A stretch of DNA of 64,000 nt from Octopus bimaculoides (taxonomy: Eukaryota). The position numbers and the translations under genes were made by a program. The stretch spans positions 3,679,084 through 3,743,083 of the forward strand of contig NC_069000.1 in assembly GCF_001194135.2 (NCBI RefSeq), given 5' to 3'. Shown here in pieces: positions 11,023 to 24,238 of the stretch. The number at the start of each line of letters is the position of its first letter. Position 1 is the first letter of the stretch. The notes under the pieces were generated by a model. It was not told the origin of the DNA, searched no databases, and saw only the letters and a program-made list of their open reading frames with translations.

Positions 11023-11477
11023 ATGTGGGGGCGTTATGAAAATATGGATGAGATAGCGAGAGATTGAGAAAAGCGGGGGTGTATATATGTTTGCGTCTGT
11101 GTGTGCGTGTTTGTGTTTGTGTGACACTGTGAATGTGGGCATGTGTGTATGCGCATATTGATGTATGTCTTAACCTTCTCCATCCGAAGTGAGTCATTAT
11201 TTAGTAAAGTTAATAGCGAGGTCCCTTTGGCCGACAGCCGTTTCCATAAACAATGGCAACGTCTTCTGATTCTCTGTTTCTGCAGATATTCACATGCATA
11301 AAATCATACACAAGAACGCGCGCGCACACACACGCGAACACACACACACATACAGACACACACACACACACACGCATAAACACACACGCACACACACGCA
11401 CTGTCACATACACGAACACAGGCACACACAAAGACAAACATATAGAAATGTATAATTATATATACATCCATATATAA

Positions 11478-11521
<44 letters not shown>

Positions 11522-11605
11522 ATATATAAATGTATATATATACCTATACATACATATATNNNNNNNNNNNNNNNNNNNNNNNNNNNNNNNNNNNNNNNNN
11601 NNNNN

Positions 11606-11644
<39 letters not shown>

Positions 11645-11789
11645 TATATATATATATATATATATTTATATATGTATCTGTACATGTATATACATCTATA
11701 AATATACATACATACAAACATCACACTTATATATATATATATATTTACATACACACATATATCCTTATCTATATATGTATATATATATA

Positions 11790-11836
<47 letters not shown>

Positions 11837-11880
11837 NNNNNNNNNNNNNNNNNNNNNNNNNNCATACGTACATACATCAG

Positions 11881-11918
<38 letters not shown>

Positions 11919-11966
11919 CCCACATCATAATCTCCTTGCAGGTAACATAATTGATCCAAACGAGAG

Positions 11967-12009
11967 CAGTAAAGTACAGTAAAGTACAGTAAAGTACGGT
12001 AAAGTACAG
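11967..12009. repeat. 10-bp tandem repeat (cagtaaagta) x4.3
   Basis: Directly visible; one unit has a->g. Confidence 0.95.
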
Positions 12010-12231
12010 CATCGCTTAAACAGGTCGAAAGGCAACGCTGTACAAATTGTGTATCATGATAATTGCTTCCGAACCGCAACAAAGCGCAATACAGGAAGTG
12101 TTTAATATACAAATACCCATTCAATGCTATGCTGAATGTTAGATAATGTGACAAATGCTTCAACACTCTCCGACGTCCCACCCCTTATAGTTCTGTGTGT
12201 CAGTATATCCTTTGGTCTATATAGGCGCCTC

Positions 12232-12264
<33 letters not shown>

Positions 12265-12616
12265 TTATATACATGGATATGTATACGTTTCTCTGTGTTT
12301 CTCTTACTCTCTCTCTCTCTTGCACGCCCTATGTACGTCTGTGTACTGTTCTCACCTCATGCAAGCTGCAAGCAATTGTATAAGCAGGTACATTATTTAT
12401 TGATACTCACCTTAGGTTCTGGGTTATCTATAATTCAATTCGGCAGTTCATTATTCTGCTTTGCAACCGAAAAGCTGATTGCAGAATAATTCCTAATGCC
12501 AATGTTTGCGATTGCACAAATACATACACATATGCACACACACACGCACGCAGGCACACACACGCACCTATACGCATACAAACACACACGCACACACGTA
12601 TGCACATATATATATG

Positions 12617-12651
<35 letters not shown>

Positions 12652-13079
12652 NNNNNNNNNNNNNNNNNNNNNNNNNNNNNNNNNNNNNNNNNNNNNNNNN
12701 NNNNNNNNNNNNNNNNNNNNNNNNNNNNNNNNNNNNNNNNNNNNNNNNNNNNNNNNNNNNNNNNNNNNNNNNNNNNNNNNNNNNNNNNNNNNNNNNNNNN
12801 NNNNNNNNNNNNNNNNNNNNNNNNNNNNNNNNNNNNNNNNNNNNNNNNNNNNNNNNNNNNNNNNNNNNNNNNNNNNNNNNNNNNNNNNNNNNNNNNNNNN
12901 NNNNNNNNNNNNNNNNNNNNNNNNNNNNNNNNNNNNNNNNNNNNNNNNNNNNNNNNNNNNNNNNNNNNNNNNNNNNNNNNNNNNNNNNNNNNNNNNNNNN
13001 NNNNNNNNNNNNNNNNNNNNNNNNNNNNNNNNNTATATATATATATATATATATTTATGTATAAATTTAGTGGCAAATT

Positions 13080-13238
13080 AAATTGACCACCATCGTTCAA
13101 CTGGTACTTATTATTATAGACCCCTAAAGTGTGCAAGTCAAATCATCCTCGGTGGAACTGGAACACAGTACATGAAGACGGACGAATTGCGCTAAGCACT
13201 TTCGTCCGGCATGCTCACTATTGAGCCAGCTTCCTACT
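13080..13238 (-). mobile_element. SINE family B, diverged
   Basis: Reverse complement gaagctggctcaatagtgagcatgccggacgaaa, ttcgtccgtc, ttccaccgagg and ggggtctataataataagtaccagttg. Confidence 0.85.
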
Positions 13239-13367
13239 TTAACATTATTATTTGTACTGATTTCAAATTATGGCACAAGGCAAGCAAATTTACCCTCAGT
13301 ACTCAAATAGTACGCATTTTATCGATATCTAAAGGGGGTCGATAAAATCATTACTGTTTTAGAATAT

Positions 13368-13580
13368 TAAGGCGGTGAGCGGTCAGAATCGTTCGAGCCC
13401 TTTGCAAAATACTTATCGGCATTTCGTCCGTGTTTACGTTCTGCGTTCAAATTCCACCGAGGTCGACTGTACACTTCGCCCTTCCGGGATCGATAAAGTA
13501 CCTATCGAGCATTGGGGTCACTGCAATTAGCTTATCTATTTCATGGAAATTCCTGTCCTGCTGCCAAAATTTGAAACAAA
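13368..13580 (+). mobile_element. SINE family B, near full length
   Basis: aaggcggtgagcggtcagaatcgtt, gcgttcaaattccaccgaggtcgac, gggatcgataaagtacc and gccaaaatttgaaac. Confidence 0.88.
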
Positions 13581-13704
13581 TATAGGCAATACGGTTACCT
13601 TCTTAAATACGAACGCTATATATAATGTGTGTGTGTGTGTGTGTGTTATTGCCAATAGAGAAAGAACCGGTTTCTAACCTAGATCCAAGTTTCCTTCATT
13701 GGGC

Positions 13705-14118
13705 ACACAAAAAAAGGAGAAAATAGTTATGGCTCTCAGACAATTTCTGCGACCACATCAACCCTAACATCTGGCCACCTAACTCGCCACACTGAATTCC
13801 CTTTCGTTCTTATGTGTGGTGCGCAGTTGAGCGAGAGACCAACAAAAGTCCTTGTCAGACCAAAGGTGAAGTGAAGTCAAGGGTTATGGCAGCATTCACC
13901 AACTTGGACAAGGAACCATTCAGAAGATTTCCAGGATATTCCATAGTCGTCTGGAGGCTGTACGTAACGCCAATCCCGATTTTTTTAAAATAAATTTCGC
14001 TCTATGGCAGTTCAAGATATTTTTATGTAATTTTGGTAAATATACCTGTTAGAATGAAATGTTAGTGTTATTTTCTTATTTGCATAATTTTAACGACAGT
14101 TTATTCACTGTATCCTAT
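13705..14118 (+). mobile_element. Tc1/mariner-superfamily (maT/DD37D-like) transposase C-terminus plus right end
   Basis: LWLSDNFCDHINPNIWPPNSPH*IPFRSYVWCAVERETNKSPCQTKGEVKSRVMAAFTNLDKE (WPPNSP at 13772) matches the WPP.SPD.NP.DY.VW type rather than the mariner YSPDL type. The end tcactgtatcctata is a decayed terminus. Subfamily assignment is inference. Confidence 0.8.
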
Positions 14119-14169
14119 ATATATGTATATGAATGTATGTGTATGAATGGTTAGAGAGATGAATGGATT

Positions 14170-14552
<383 letters not shown>

Positions 14553-15341
14553 ACGGACAGAACCGGTAAGGCTTCAATCTGTCAGTGAAATACAGCTAAA
14601 CCCATAACTGTATTGAATCATTTTAATTAACTTACGAATATCCGAAAGATTATTTAACCTTCGGTTCCTTTCCATTCATTTCCAAAACTATTACATCTAC
14701 AACCAAACAAAAATTTGCTAACCTTTCAAACCGTAGGGTCGACACCATTTAACAGATATTATTTTACTTCACTTGCTATTACCCACACCCGCTTCCACTC
14801 CTAAATATTTCAATTTATAAATCATATAATCCGCCATTTTGACTAGCCATGAAAAATTCCTTTATTTTTCGTTGTTGATTTCTTCTTTGATTTTCCAATT
14901 TACTTTCTTTCTACAATTTTCGCTAATACTACTTGGAGACATTGATATATCAACTTAGACAGATTCACAATTTTATGTCGGGCGCCCGAAAACCATTACT
15001 TAATAGTATGAAAATGCTCATGCTATTCATTTTCAACGAATACGGAAACAACCTGACCTTTGTCACGCTTCATTTCCAAAATCAAGTCCGTTTCGTACAC
15101 TTGTATATCTAAAACTGTCTATCATTGTCTATAGACTTCAAATTAAATCTACTTTATTCTTCGTTCTATTCATATTGAATATCTCACATGCCCACTCACA
15201 CCGACACATACATAGACGCGCGCATGTAGGCACATTCACAATATATACATTCATACATAGTCATATATGCACACCTATAAACACACAGAGGCATGCGAAC
15301 GTACACAGCCACACGCACATGCACATATTCCTATCTATTTA

Positions 15342-15422
<81 letters not shown>

Positions 15423-16356
15423 CATATATATGTGTGTGTGTGGTAAATAATGTAGTTATCATCTCATACAGGTTTCAATCAGATACTGTGGCCATACTAG
15501 AGCATATACATAAAATATACTTTATATAGATATATATATATATATATAGATAGATAGATGTATACACGCGCACATTCATATATACATATATGTGTGCGTA
15601 TATGAGCACGTTTGCGCACGTGCGGTGCGCGCGTGTGTGTATGTGTGTGTGTTTGTGTATTTCTAGTATAACTTGTATTTTTAGTTACATGTACGTCTGC
15701 CACTGTCTGTTTTTTTTTTCTGTCTGCCTGTCTGTCTATCTTGCTATAATATATAATATATCCAGATGTGGGTGTGTTCATGTAGGGAATGCATTAGCAA
15801 GGGTAAGTTCATTAGGGGTTTAATGCATTGTTATTTCTCGGATACTGTCACAGAACAAGCACAAGTTATTAAATAGTATTTAATAAGAGTGTATAACAAG
15901 AAAGGATAAGGTGGCTTCGAATAGGATCTGCTCAAATGAAACTAGAATCTTCCCATTTATTTTTTCTAGTTGCCGCCACAATCTATTTTACATCCATACA
16001 AGTATCATTAATTTTTCCACAGTGCGTAATTTACACTTGTTCTCTCATCCGCTTTATTTCTTTGCCTTTTGCAATAATAGACTTCTTCATGCTGAAGTTT
16101 TAAATTCCATGTTTCTTTCAGTTCTATAATTGTATATAAAAGCTGTGTTTTCGATAATTTTGTTATCATTAATTGCATCAGATTTGCATTGATTGTAAAT
16201 TTTTGTATCAATATTGTATTTGAACATTTTATTCTACATTTTATAGACACCTATAACAAACTTTGATAGAGTTTCTATTACACATTTGAGGTATTTGTGT
16301 GTTACAGAGATTTGCATGTCTACTAGCCCTCAGAAATGTCAGATAATAATAGGTGC

Positions 16357-16562
16357 GTACCCTTAACATAGTATTCAAGGAGATTCAACTTGATACAGGG
16401 CAACACTTTCAATCAAACTTACAACTCGTTTTGCCAGGTGAGTGAACAGGTGCAACGTGAAAACAAATGTCCTGCTGAAGGACACGACACGCCTCTGAGT
16501 ATTGACTTCACGACCTTACGATCATGAGCCTAATACACCAAACCACTAAGCCATGCGCCTTC
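16357..16562 (-). mobile_element. SINE family A
   Basis: Reverse complement gaaggcgcatggcttagtggtttgg, gatcgtaaggtcgtgaagtcaat, gtgtccttcagcagga and ctggcaaaacgag. Confidence 0.88.
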
Positions 16563-18023
16563 TCCAGAAGGGCGTATGAATACCGAAGAGGCATAAATGG
16601 AAAATATAGTTCAAATCGTTTATGACGTATTTTCCCTTGTTAAGTGAATCTAATCATGGATGAGGAAGAAGACAGAGGAAATGGTGAATGTGTATGTGTG
16701 TATATATTTGAGATTATATGTATGATTCTGCTTCTGAGTATAATTGTTTAGTACTGAATATGAGTGATGGCTTTAGTGGTGGTTATTGGCGAATAGGTGA
16801 AAGGCCATATTCAGTGAGGGATCCTGTTGCTATCAACAATGATTATTATAATTAATACTTAGTTTAATAATGTTATAGTTTATGAATTTATTTTATTGAT
16901 TATGGAGGAGGGAATTAGATATCTCAGATTAAGTTTTATTGTGAATTAATTGAGGTTGATACAATTATGCTAAGTTAACATAAAATCGATAATTTCGTCG
17001 GTGGAGAGTGTGTTGTTTTGTATTAAATATTTTTTACCATTAAAAAAAAACAGAGCTCGCTAGAAAATGGAAAAAAAAGACAACTATGAAAATTGACCCA
17101 GCCAGTAGCTAATTGCACCAGCGGCGGTGTGTTAATGATTATTTTCTATATCAGTAGACACATAATTTGTATGAGCATGCGTTTGCTAAGGGACGCTTAG
17201 CTACTGATAAGGCTCAAACAAGCAGAAATAAGTATTTAGAAATTTTACTACTACGGCTATTTGTAGACTAGAATAAAAACATAAGTTTCACATTTCGCGC
17301 TTCCAAATAAATCCGGGAACAAATCAGCGTCGAATGAACATTAAAATAGGCAGGTACAAAAAAGCTTCGTCAGAACATCTGATACTCGTTGCCATACGTG
17401 TCTAGAAACCTCGATTGGCGGTGTTGACGTTACTTTGAATTATTTAAGTACGTTACCACTACTCAAAGATTCATTTGAGGCAATTGATCAATATAGGGAT
17501 CTAGGAACGAGATTAAGGGGACTAACAACGTGTAACCCGTTATTTAATGTTACCCCCGTTGACTCAAACCACGATCCTTGCTTCACAAACCGAGTTCAGC
17601 ATCGTACTCACTACGGTATTCCTCTTACTTTTCTGGGAAACATCGTTGGTTTATGCGTAACATTTCAAAGTCACGTGATGATGTAAGCGTGTCATATTTT
17701 TGTTCGTTTTTCCGCTAATGAAATGTATGTGTATCATATCACAAACATTCTCGCATGTTAGAGGATTTGGGAAACCCTTTTATGTAAATCCTTATTTAAA
17801 CACAAACGCATGTAGTAAGAAGGGTGTTATAAACACATGCGATAAGTAGATGCTTTATCCTCGAGATTCGGGATTTTGTTTCCCATCGGTGTAAAATCCA
17901 ATAGCACTTTACTGTCATCTTCTTGAAAACTTTACTTTTAATGTTGACAAAGAGTTTCTTATGGAATATGACGCTCTCATGCTGTCAGAATAATTTTTTT
18001 CTACTTTATGTAATATAATTTGC

Positions 18024-18026
<3 letters not shown>

Positions 18027-18065
<39 letters not shown>

Positions 18066-18075
18066 NNNNNNNNNN

Positions 18076-18116
<41 letters not shown>
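18027..18116. repeat. (TG)n microsatellite spanning a 10-N gap
   Basis: Directly visible. Confidence 0.95.
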
Positions 18117-18122
<6 letters not shown>

Positions 18123-18298
18123 CGATTTATTTATTTGTATCTCACCACGTCGTTCTCTTATAGTGGAAACATTAGTATTTATACTGCGGTGAAGTTTGTG
18201 TATTTACTTTGCATTTACCTGTGTACATAGTATAAACACACTACAAATACACAGGTATGTATATATGTACATAGGTATATATATATATGTGTGTACAT

Positions 18299-18346
<48 letters not shown>

Positions 18347-18740
18347 NNNNNNNNNNNNNNNNNNNNNNNNNNNNNNNNNNNNNNNNNNNNNNNNNNNNNN
18401 NNNNNNNNNNNNNNNNNNNNNNNNNNNNNNNNNNNNNNNNNNNNNNNNNNNNNNNNNNNNNNNNNNNNNNNNNNNNNNNNNNNNNNNNNNNNNNNNNNNN
18501 NNNNNNNNNNNNNNNNNNNNNNNNNNNNNNNNNNNNNNNNNNNNNNNNNNNNNNNNNNNNNNNNNNNNNNNNNNNNNNNNNNNNNNNNNNNNNNNNNNNN
18601 NNNNNNNNNNNNNNNNNNNNNNNNNNNNNNNNNNNNNNNNNNNNNNNNNNNNNNNNNNNNNNNNNNNNNNNNNNNNNNNNNNNNNNNNNNNNNNNNNNNN
18701 NNNNNNNNNNNNNNNNNNNNNNNNNNNNNNNNNNNNNNNN

Positions 18741-18772
<32 letters not shown>

Positions 18773-19125
18773 CCACTGAAGCCTTTATTTACCTTCTCCT
18801 GAAAATGTACATTCCTTCACTCCTTTCGCATATGTTTTTTTCCCCTTCAAACTTATATTTCCATATTCTACATGAGATTTTACTGTTTTTCTTCCTTTAA
18901 TTAATCCACAAAATATATTATTACTATAACATCCGCTGTGAACATTATATGCTGTAGTTCCAATAACATTTAGAATTTTCAGTTTCCTTTCAAAATGCAT
19001 TCACTTTAGTTGTAAGTTTAGTAGTCATTTTCTTTATATCAACGTGTCCTTGTATTATTTAATTTTCTTAATCATTACTTGTACAGATGCACCGCGTGCC
19101 ACATGTCAGATGACGAAATGATCGT

Positions 19126-19210
19126 AGAGCAACTTCAAATGAAGTATTTTGCTCAAGAACACAACGCAACGCCCAGTTCGGGAATCGAACCCACGATCTC
19201 GCAATCGAGT
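19126..19210 (-). mobile_element. SINE family A head fragment
   Basis: Reverse complement gggttcgattcccgaact and gttgtgttcttgagcaaaatacttc (B-box plus CORE-like start). Confidence 0.75.
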
Positions 19211-19257
19211 TTCCTCTGTTCTTTCATGTCTATTGTTGTAAGAATCATTAACACAAC

Positions 19258-19402
19258 GGGAAAATGTTTGGCAGCATTTCGTTCAACTTCACGTTCTGAG
19301 TTAAACTGTTTCTGGGTTCGACTTTGCCTCTTATTGTTTCAGTGTCTATAAAATAAGTACTTCACATCCAGAACTGATGAGCTTCTGTTGAAATTTGAAA
19401 CC
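19258..19402 (+). mobile_element. SINE family B, degenerate
   Basis: gcatttcgttc, cgttctgagtt, tcgactttgcc, taaaataagtac and aaatttgaaacc. Confidence 0.7.
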
Positions 19403-19642
19403 AACGAGGTACACATGCTAGCACGTGTGTTGAGTTTGTGATTCGTAGATTCGAATGATTTCCCTCTCACTTCCTTCAGTGAGTTTTACACACTGATCTA
19501 AACGAATTTCGATATGTACAAATGCCAGTAATTTCTCACGGTCTTTTTGTTTTCAAAGTATTATAAGTTTTTGTCTCGAATAATTCCTCGCTCATAATCT
19601 TCGACAATTTGAGCATTAATGCAATCATAGCACAACTAAAAC

Positions 19643-19674
<32 letters not shown>

Positions 19675-20456
19675 CATTTGCTAGTCTGGTAGACATTATG
19701 TTATAGTGATACGGTGATAAGTTAACATGACGTTGGTTTAAACAATTCTCTCAGTTTTGGAACTGTATAAAGAAATCAACGATCGAACATAAATGAAATA
19801 TTGACGGTCACCATTTAACTAGGCATTACAACAACTGTGTCGAAGAATAACAATTCTTCCTATTTCAAATAAAAATTGTTTGAAAAGTCGAAATATTAAA
19901 ACAGAGTTTCTGCTATGAAGCGTTTGTGAAAATTCTATTCAGACCCAGAGATAAGGCGCTGCTGTATGCGAAATTTTAAGCTATTAATTTGCTTGTAAAC
20001 TGAAGCTATAATAATAACGTGTATCATGAATACCATTCGTGTTATCACATTTTAGTTTCGCTTTTTAAAATACATAAAATGCAATAACAACTCGTAAAAG
20101 AAAATCCCATGATTTCCTTTGTTTCCTGGTTTTCTTTTTTTTTCATTTTCTTCTTTATCCTTTATTAATTCCAACTTTTCTTATTTTTTATTCTTATGTT
20201 TTCGTTTGTTAAAACAATAAGTTACTAAACTATTATTGAATTGTCTTTTAATAATCCGTACGAACAATTTGAAGACGCATATGTGAACATGGCAAAGACA
20301 TATATGCGATAGTGATAATACACAATAGTTTGTGTTATTTTTTAAAGACAAAAATACATACAAATAACTTAGCATCGTAAAGTCGCATATATGAATATGG
20401 TACTCAATAAATAATTTCTTACAAATTTTACATTCTCTTCTAAATTACATGCAACT

Positions 20457-20471
20457 ATAATAATAATAATG

Positions 20472-20540
<69 letters not shown>
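20457..20540. repeat. (AAT)n microsatellite
   Basis: Directly visible. Confidence 0.97.
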
Positions 20541-20542
<2 letters not shown>

Positions 20543-20830
20543 GGAGTAGCAGACAGTGGCTCTCATGGCTTCTGATTTTAACTGATTGGAAGTGTTAACG
20601 TTTACATTGGTTTGTCTTGGTATAAAAGATGGGCTACAGCAAATATTCTGCTTAATACCACAGATTTGCTTCTCAACCTTAACCATTTGAGCATGTCCCT
20701 TAGTGGCTGACGACATCTGCACCTCTGATCATGAGCAGAAGTAGTGGGGGAGCATCATAGCCATGTGTTGAGAGGAATTCTTTGCGGTTTGAATACTTCA
20801 CCTTTGGAAACATGGGTGTTTTGCTCAAAT
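20541..20830. mobile_element. Probable interspersed-repeat fragment abutting (AAT)n, unclassified
   Basis: GC-richer block (gtggctctcatggcttctg, gagcatgtcccttagtggctgacga, gggggagcatcatagcc) resembles, from recall only, a common octopus repeat. No second copy in the window. Confidence 0.35.
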
Positions 20831-20899
20831 AAAAGATTCTGAAAATTAAAGGTGTCTATTTACTTCCTTCATGTCTGTGTATATAAATATATATACATG

Positions 20900-20933
<34 letters not shown>

Positions 20934-21751
20934 TGTATACATGTGTATGTTTGTATGTTTAATTAAACACATATTGATATATATAGGCAGGTAGATAGAT
21001 GGACAGATAGAAAGCTAGATAGCCAGACAGACATGCAACACACAGTCAGATATATAAGCTTATCAATAGGTTAAGAAACAGACACACATATATATGTGTA
21101 TACATATATATATATATTATATATATATATATACACACAGATAGTTACATAGATAGATGCATATTTTCTTAATATAGAGTAGATCTAATTTCTCGCAAAA
21201 CTTTCCCGCTAAATGCATTAGTCGGAAATCACTTACAAAACACACACACAGACTTAGTCACATGTAATTCTAATTTATAATAGTCTTTAGTAGCACCAGT
21301 CAATTTAGTGAAAAGGAACCATTCCTTAAACCGCTACTAACACCTCACATGAACTTCCTACAAAGATTTCGTTTCAGCAACATTCCTTTTTTTCGGAATC
21401 GAAGTTTATTAAGAAAATGTCGAGGTCAATACTAATACGAAATATAAGATTCGTCGGAGTACATCTACAGGGTAATGTTTTGACCTATATAGCGTTTTGT
21501 TAAATGAAAATATGGTACTAAATTAAAAACAGCTTCTGCGAGAGGAGAAATGGAATCTTTGGCAATATTAGAGGTATTTTCATCAAAGAAACATGTCAAG
21601 AGAATAGAATCCATGAATGGCTGCTCTGATCCACTGAATATATATATTAAATTTTTCTGTCGACGCTATCCATTCATGAGGAGAATATATATGAATTATA
21701 TATCGATGTACTTGCGTAGATATATGCATATATTTACATACATACTATATA

Positions 21752-21796
<45 letters not shown>

Positions 21797-22481
21797 NNNN
21801 NNNNNNNNNNNNNNNNNNNNNNNNNNNNNNNNNNNNNNNNNNNNNNNNNNNNNNNNNNNNNNNNNNNNNNNNNNNNNNNNNNNNNNNNNNNNNNNNNNNN
21901 NNNNNNNNNNNNNNNNNNNNNNNNNNNNNNNNNNNNNNNNNNNNNNNNNNNNNNNNNNNNNNNNNNNNNNNNNNNNNNNNNNNNNNNNNNNNNNNNNNNN
22001 NNNNNNNNNNNNNNNNNNNNNNNNNNNNNNNNNNNNNNNNNNNNNNNNNNNNNNNNNNNNNNNNNNNNNNNNNNNNNNNNNNNNNNNNNNNNNNNNNNNN
22101 NNNNNNNNNNNNNNNNNNNNNNNNNNNNNNNNNNNNNNNNNNNNNNNNNNNNNNNNNNNNNNNNNNNNNNNNNNNNNNNNNNNNNNNNNNNNNNNNNNNN
22201 NNNNNNNNNNNNNNNNNNNNNNNNNNNNNNNNNNNNNNNNNNNNNNNNNNNNNNNNNNNNNNNNNNNNNNNNNNNNNNNNNNNNNNNNNNNNNNNNNNNN
22301 NNNNNNNNNNNNNNNNNNNNNNNNNNNNNNNNNNNNNNNNNNNNNNNNNNNNNNNNNNNNNNNNNNNNNNNNNNNNNNNNNNNNNNNNNNNNNNNNNNNN
22401 NNNNNNNNNNNNNNNNNNNNNNNNNNNNNNNNNNNNNNNNNNNNNNNNNNNNNNNNATATATATATATATATATATATATA

Positions 22482-22542
<61 letters not shown>

Positions 22543-22595
22543 ATGCATAGGTGCATATATATACGTATATATATTTTTGTAATTTACCGAAAACA

Positions 22596-22698
22596 GACGA
22601 AGACAGGCGTATGAACAACAAATAGGGGTAATATTTTTACGCTTGCAGTATTGAGAAAGTTTTTTACGTTTCGAGCCTAGGCTCTTCGACAGAAAGGG
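22596..22698 (-). mobile_element. Short dispersed repeat with a minimal hammerhead-like motif, copy 2
   Basis: Minus strand 22696-22662: cttt-CTGTCGA-A-GAGC-ctag-GCTC-GAAA-CGTA-aaa. Homologous to 742-852. Confidence 0.6.
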
Positions 22699-22705
22699 AT
22701 ATATA

Positions 22706-23165
22706 TACGTGTAGTGGATCGGCTGAACTGAAAAGTTGATGGACTGACCGAAATGCTCTCATGAAATGGGACAATTTTTGTTTAATGGTCTCCCTTGAGG
22801 TCCACACCTTTCTTCCATCGGTGTTGCACTGTTTCGATCGCTTCGGTGAACAATCTTTGAACAAAGATATCGAAAACAACTATGACGTTATCATCACTGC
22901 GATACTGTTTGCGAGCGAAGAATTTTATTACTGTCGGCGAATAGAGGGTAATAAGATGGATCTAAATACGGAGAATAGGGAAGATATCAGCCACTTCAAA
23001 GCTACACCCACCGCAACCAGGGACTTCTGTGTTCATGGAACATGATCTCTTTCGTCATTTCCCTGGATATTTCGTCTTGAGGCATTCATACGTACCTCAG
23101 CCTGTTGGATAATATTTTGCATTGGCATAAGCGGTGTATTTCAGGAAATGCATCATAGCTGATAT
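22706..23165 (-). mobile_element. Mariner transposase C-terminal remnant with right end
   Basis: Minus-strand pieces LKTKYPGK, CSFEVADIFPYSPYLDPSYYPLF and KQYRSDDNVI...QHRWKKGVDLKGDH match IKTKRPGK, GFELVDHPPYSPDLAPSDYHLF and QHRWKKCVD.KGDY. Frameshifted. Confidence 0.88.
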
Positions 23166-23570
23166 TTTAGAGTTCACGCAACCAATCGCAAGAAACCTGT
23201 GCGATGTGAACTGGGTTTCCTGCGACACCAAGAAACAATAAGTGTTTGGAGCTTATGATAATGAATATTATATAATTTATTCATAATGGCATTTTTTCTA
23301 AAATTTCGCACTTATATAAAATCTGTGTATGCTGTGCATATGTATATATGTGTATGTGTATATTGACATAGATAGATAGATAGATATCAGACTATAAAGA
23401 AATTATAGTTTAAACAGTTTAAAATATATGTGAAAGCAAAATTGTATGAAATTATAACATAAAAGTTTTATCTGTCATTTAAATACTAATAAGACTTATT
23501 AGTTAGAATATAGATATGCGCCCGTGAGTGTGCATGTGTGTGTGTGAGCATGTATGTATGTGTATGCAAG

Positions 23571-23612
<42 letters not shown>

Positions 23613-23880
23613 GAGTATATTAGAATATATTTGCTATTAGACTAGAGAAAATAAAACAGCCCAGATTAATTATAAAATATTCAATATTTGATGAGAGTTT
23701 GGTACTATAAATGCTAATTGCTTCTCTCCTAGACATTAAAAACGCAATTTATGTTAATTACAGCTTCACTAATCGTGTCTGATATCACTACCATATAAGC
23801 TAAATTAATTTCTTTTACGAGATTTCTAATTCATATAGTTTCATAAGCAAAACAACCAACGCACTGTTGTCCCTCTTGCA

Positions 23881-23913
<33 letters not shown>

Positions 23914-23989
23914 GGTGTTGTTGTTGTTGGCCGTGGTGGTGGTAGTGGTGGTGGTTGTGGTGTTGCTGTTTTTGTTGTCATATGTTATC

Positions 23990-24238
23990 TACGAGGGTGA
24001 GTCAAATAGTGATGCCATTTCGTTTAGGACAAGTATAATTACCAACACAGGAACATTTATCATGCATCAAAATGAAGCTGGTCCTCTGTGGATCACATCC
24101 CTACTTCTCAACATCGTCAACTTCTCTCTCAATAGTAATGTTCCACCTTCGAATGAGAGCATGTATCCATGCCCTGTAAAATTATGTTGACTGTTCTTTG
24201 AGCCACTTCTTCAATACAGTTTTCCCTTCCTCGTAAGT
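23990..24238 (-). mobile_element. Mariner right end: TIR plus the last ~45 transposase codons
   Basis: TA+CGAGGGTGAGTCAAATAGT terminus at 23990. Minus translation EGKTVLKKWLKEQST*FYRAWIHALIRRWNITIEREVDDVEK* matches the mariner C-terminus (W...Q..EFY..GI..L..RW...IE..GDYVEK). Confidence 0.92.

Noticed and set aside
14831-14841. YY1-like CCGCCATTTT (similar sites at about 38730, 40873 and 56729)
   Set aside because: The 7-mer core is expected one to two times by chance, with no independent promoter evidence.
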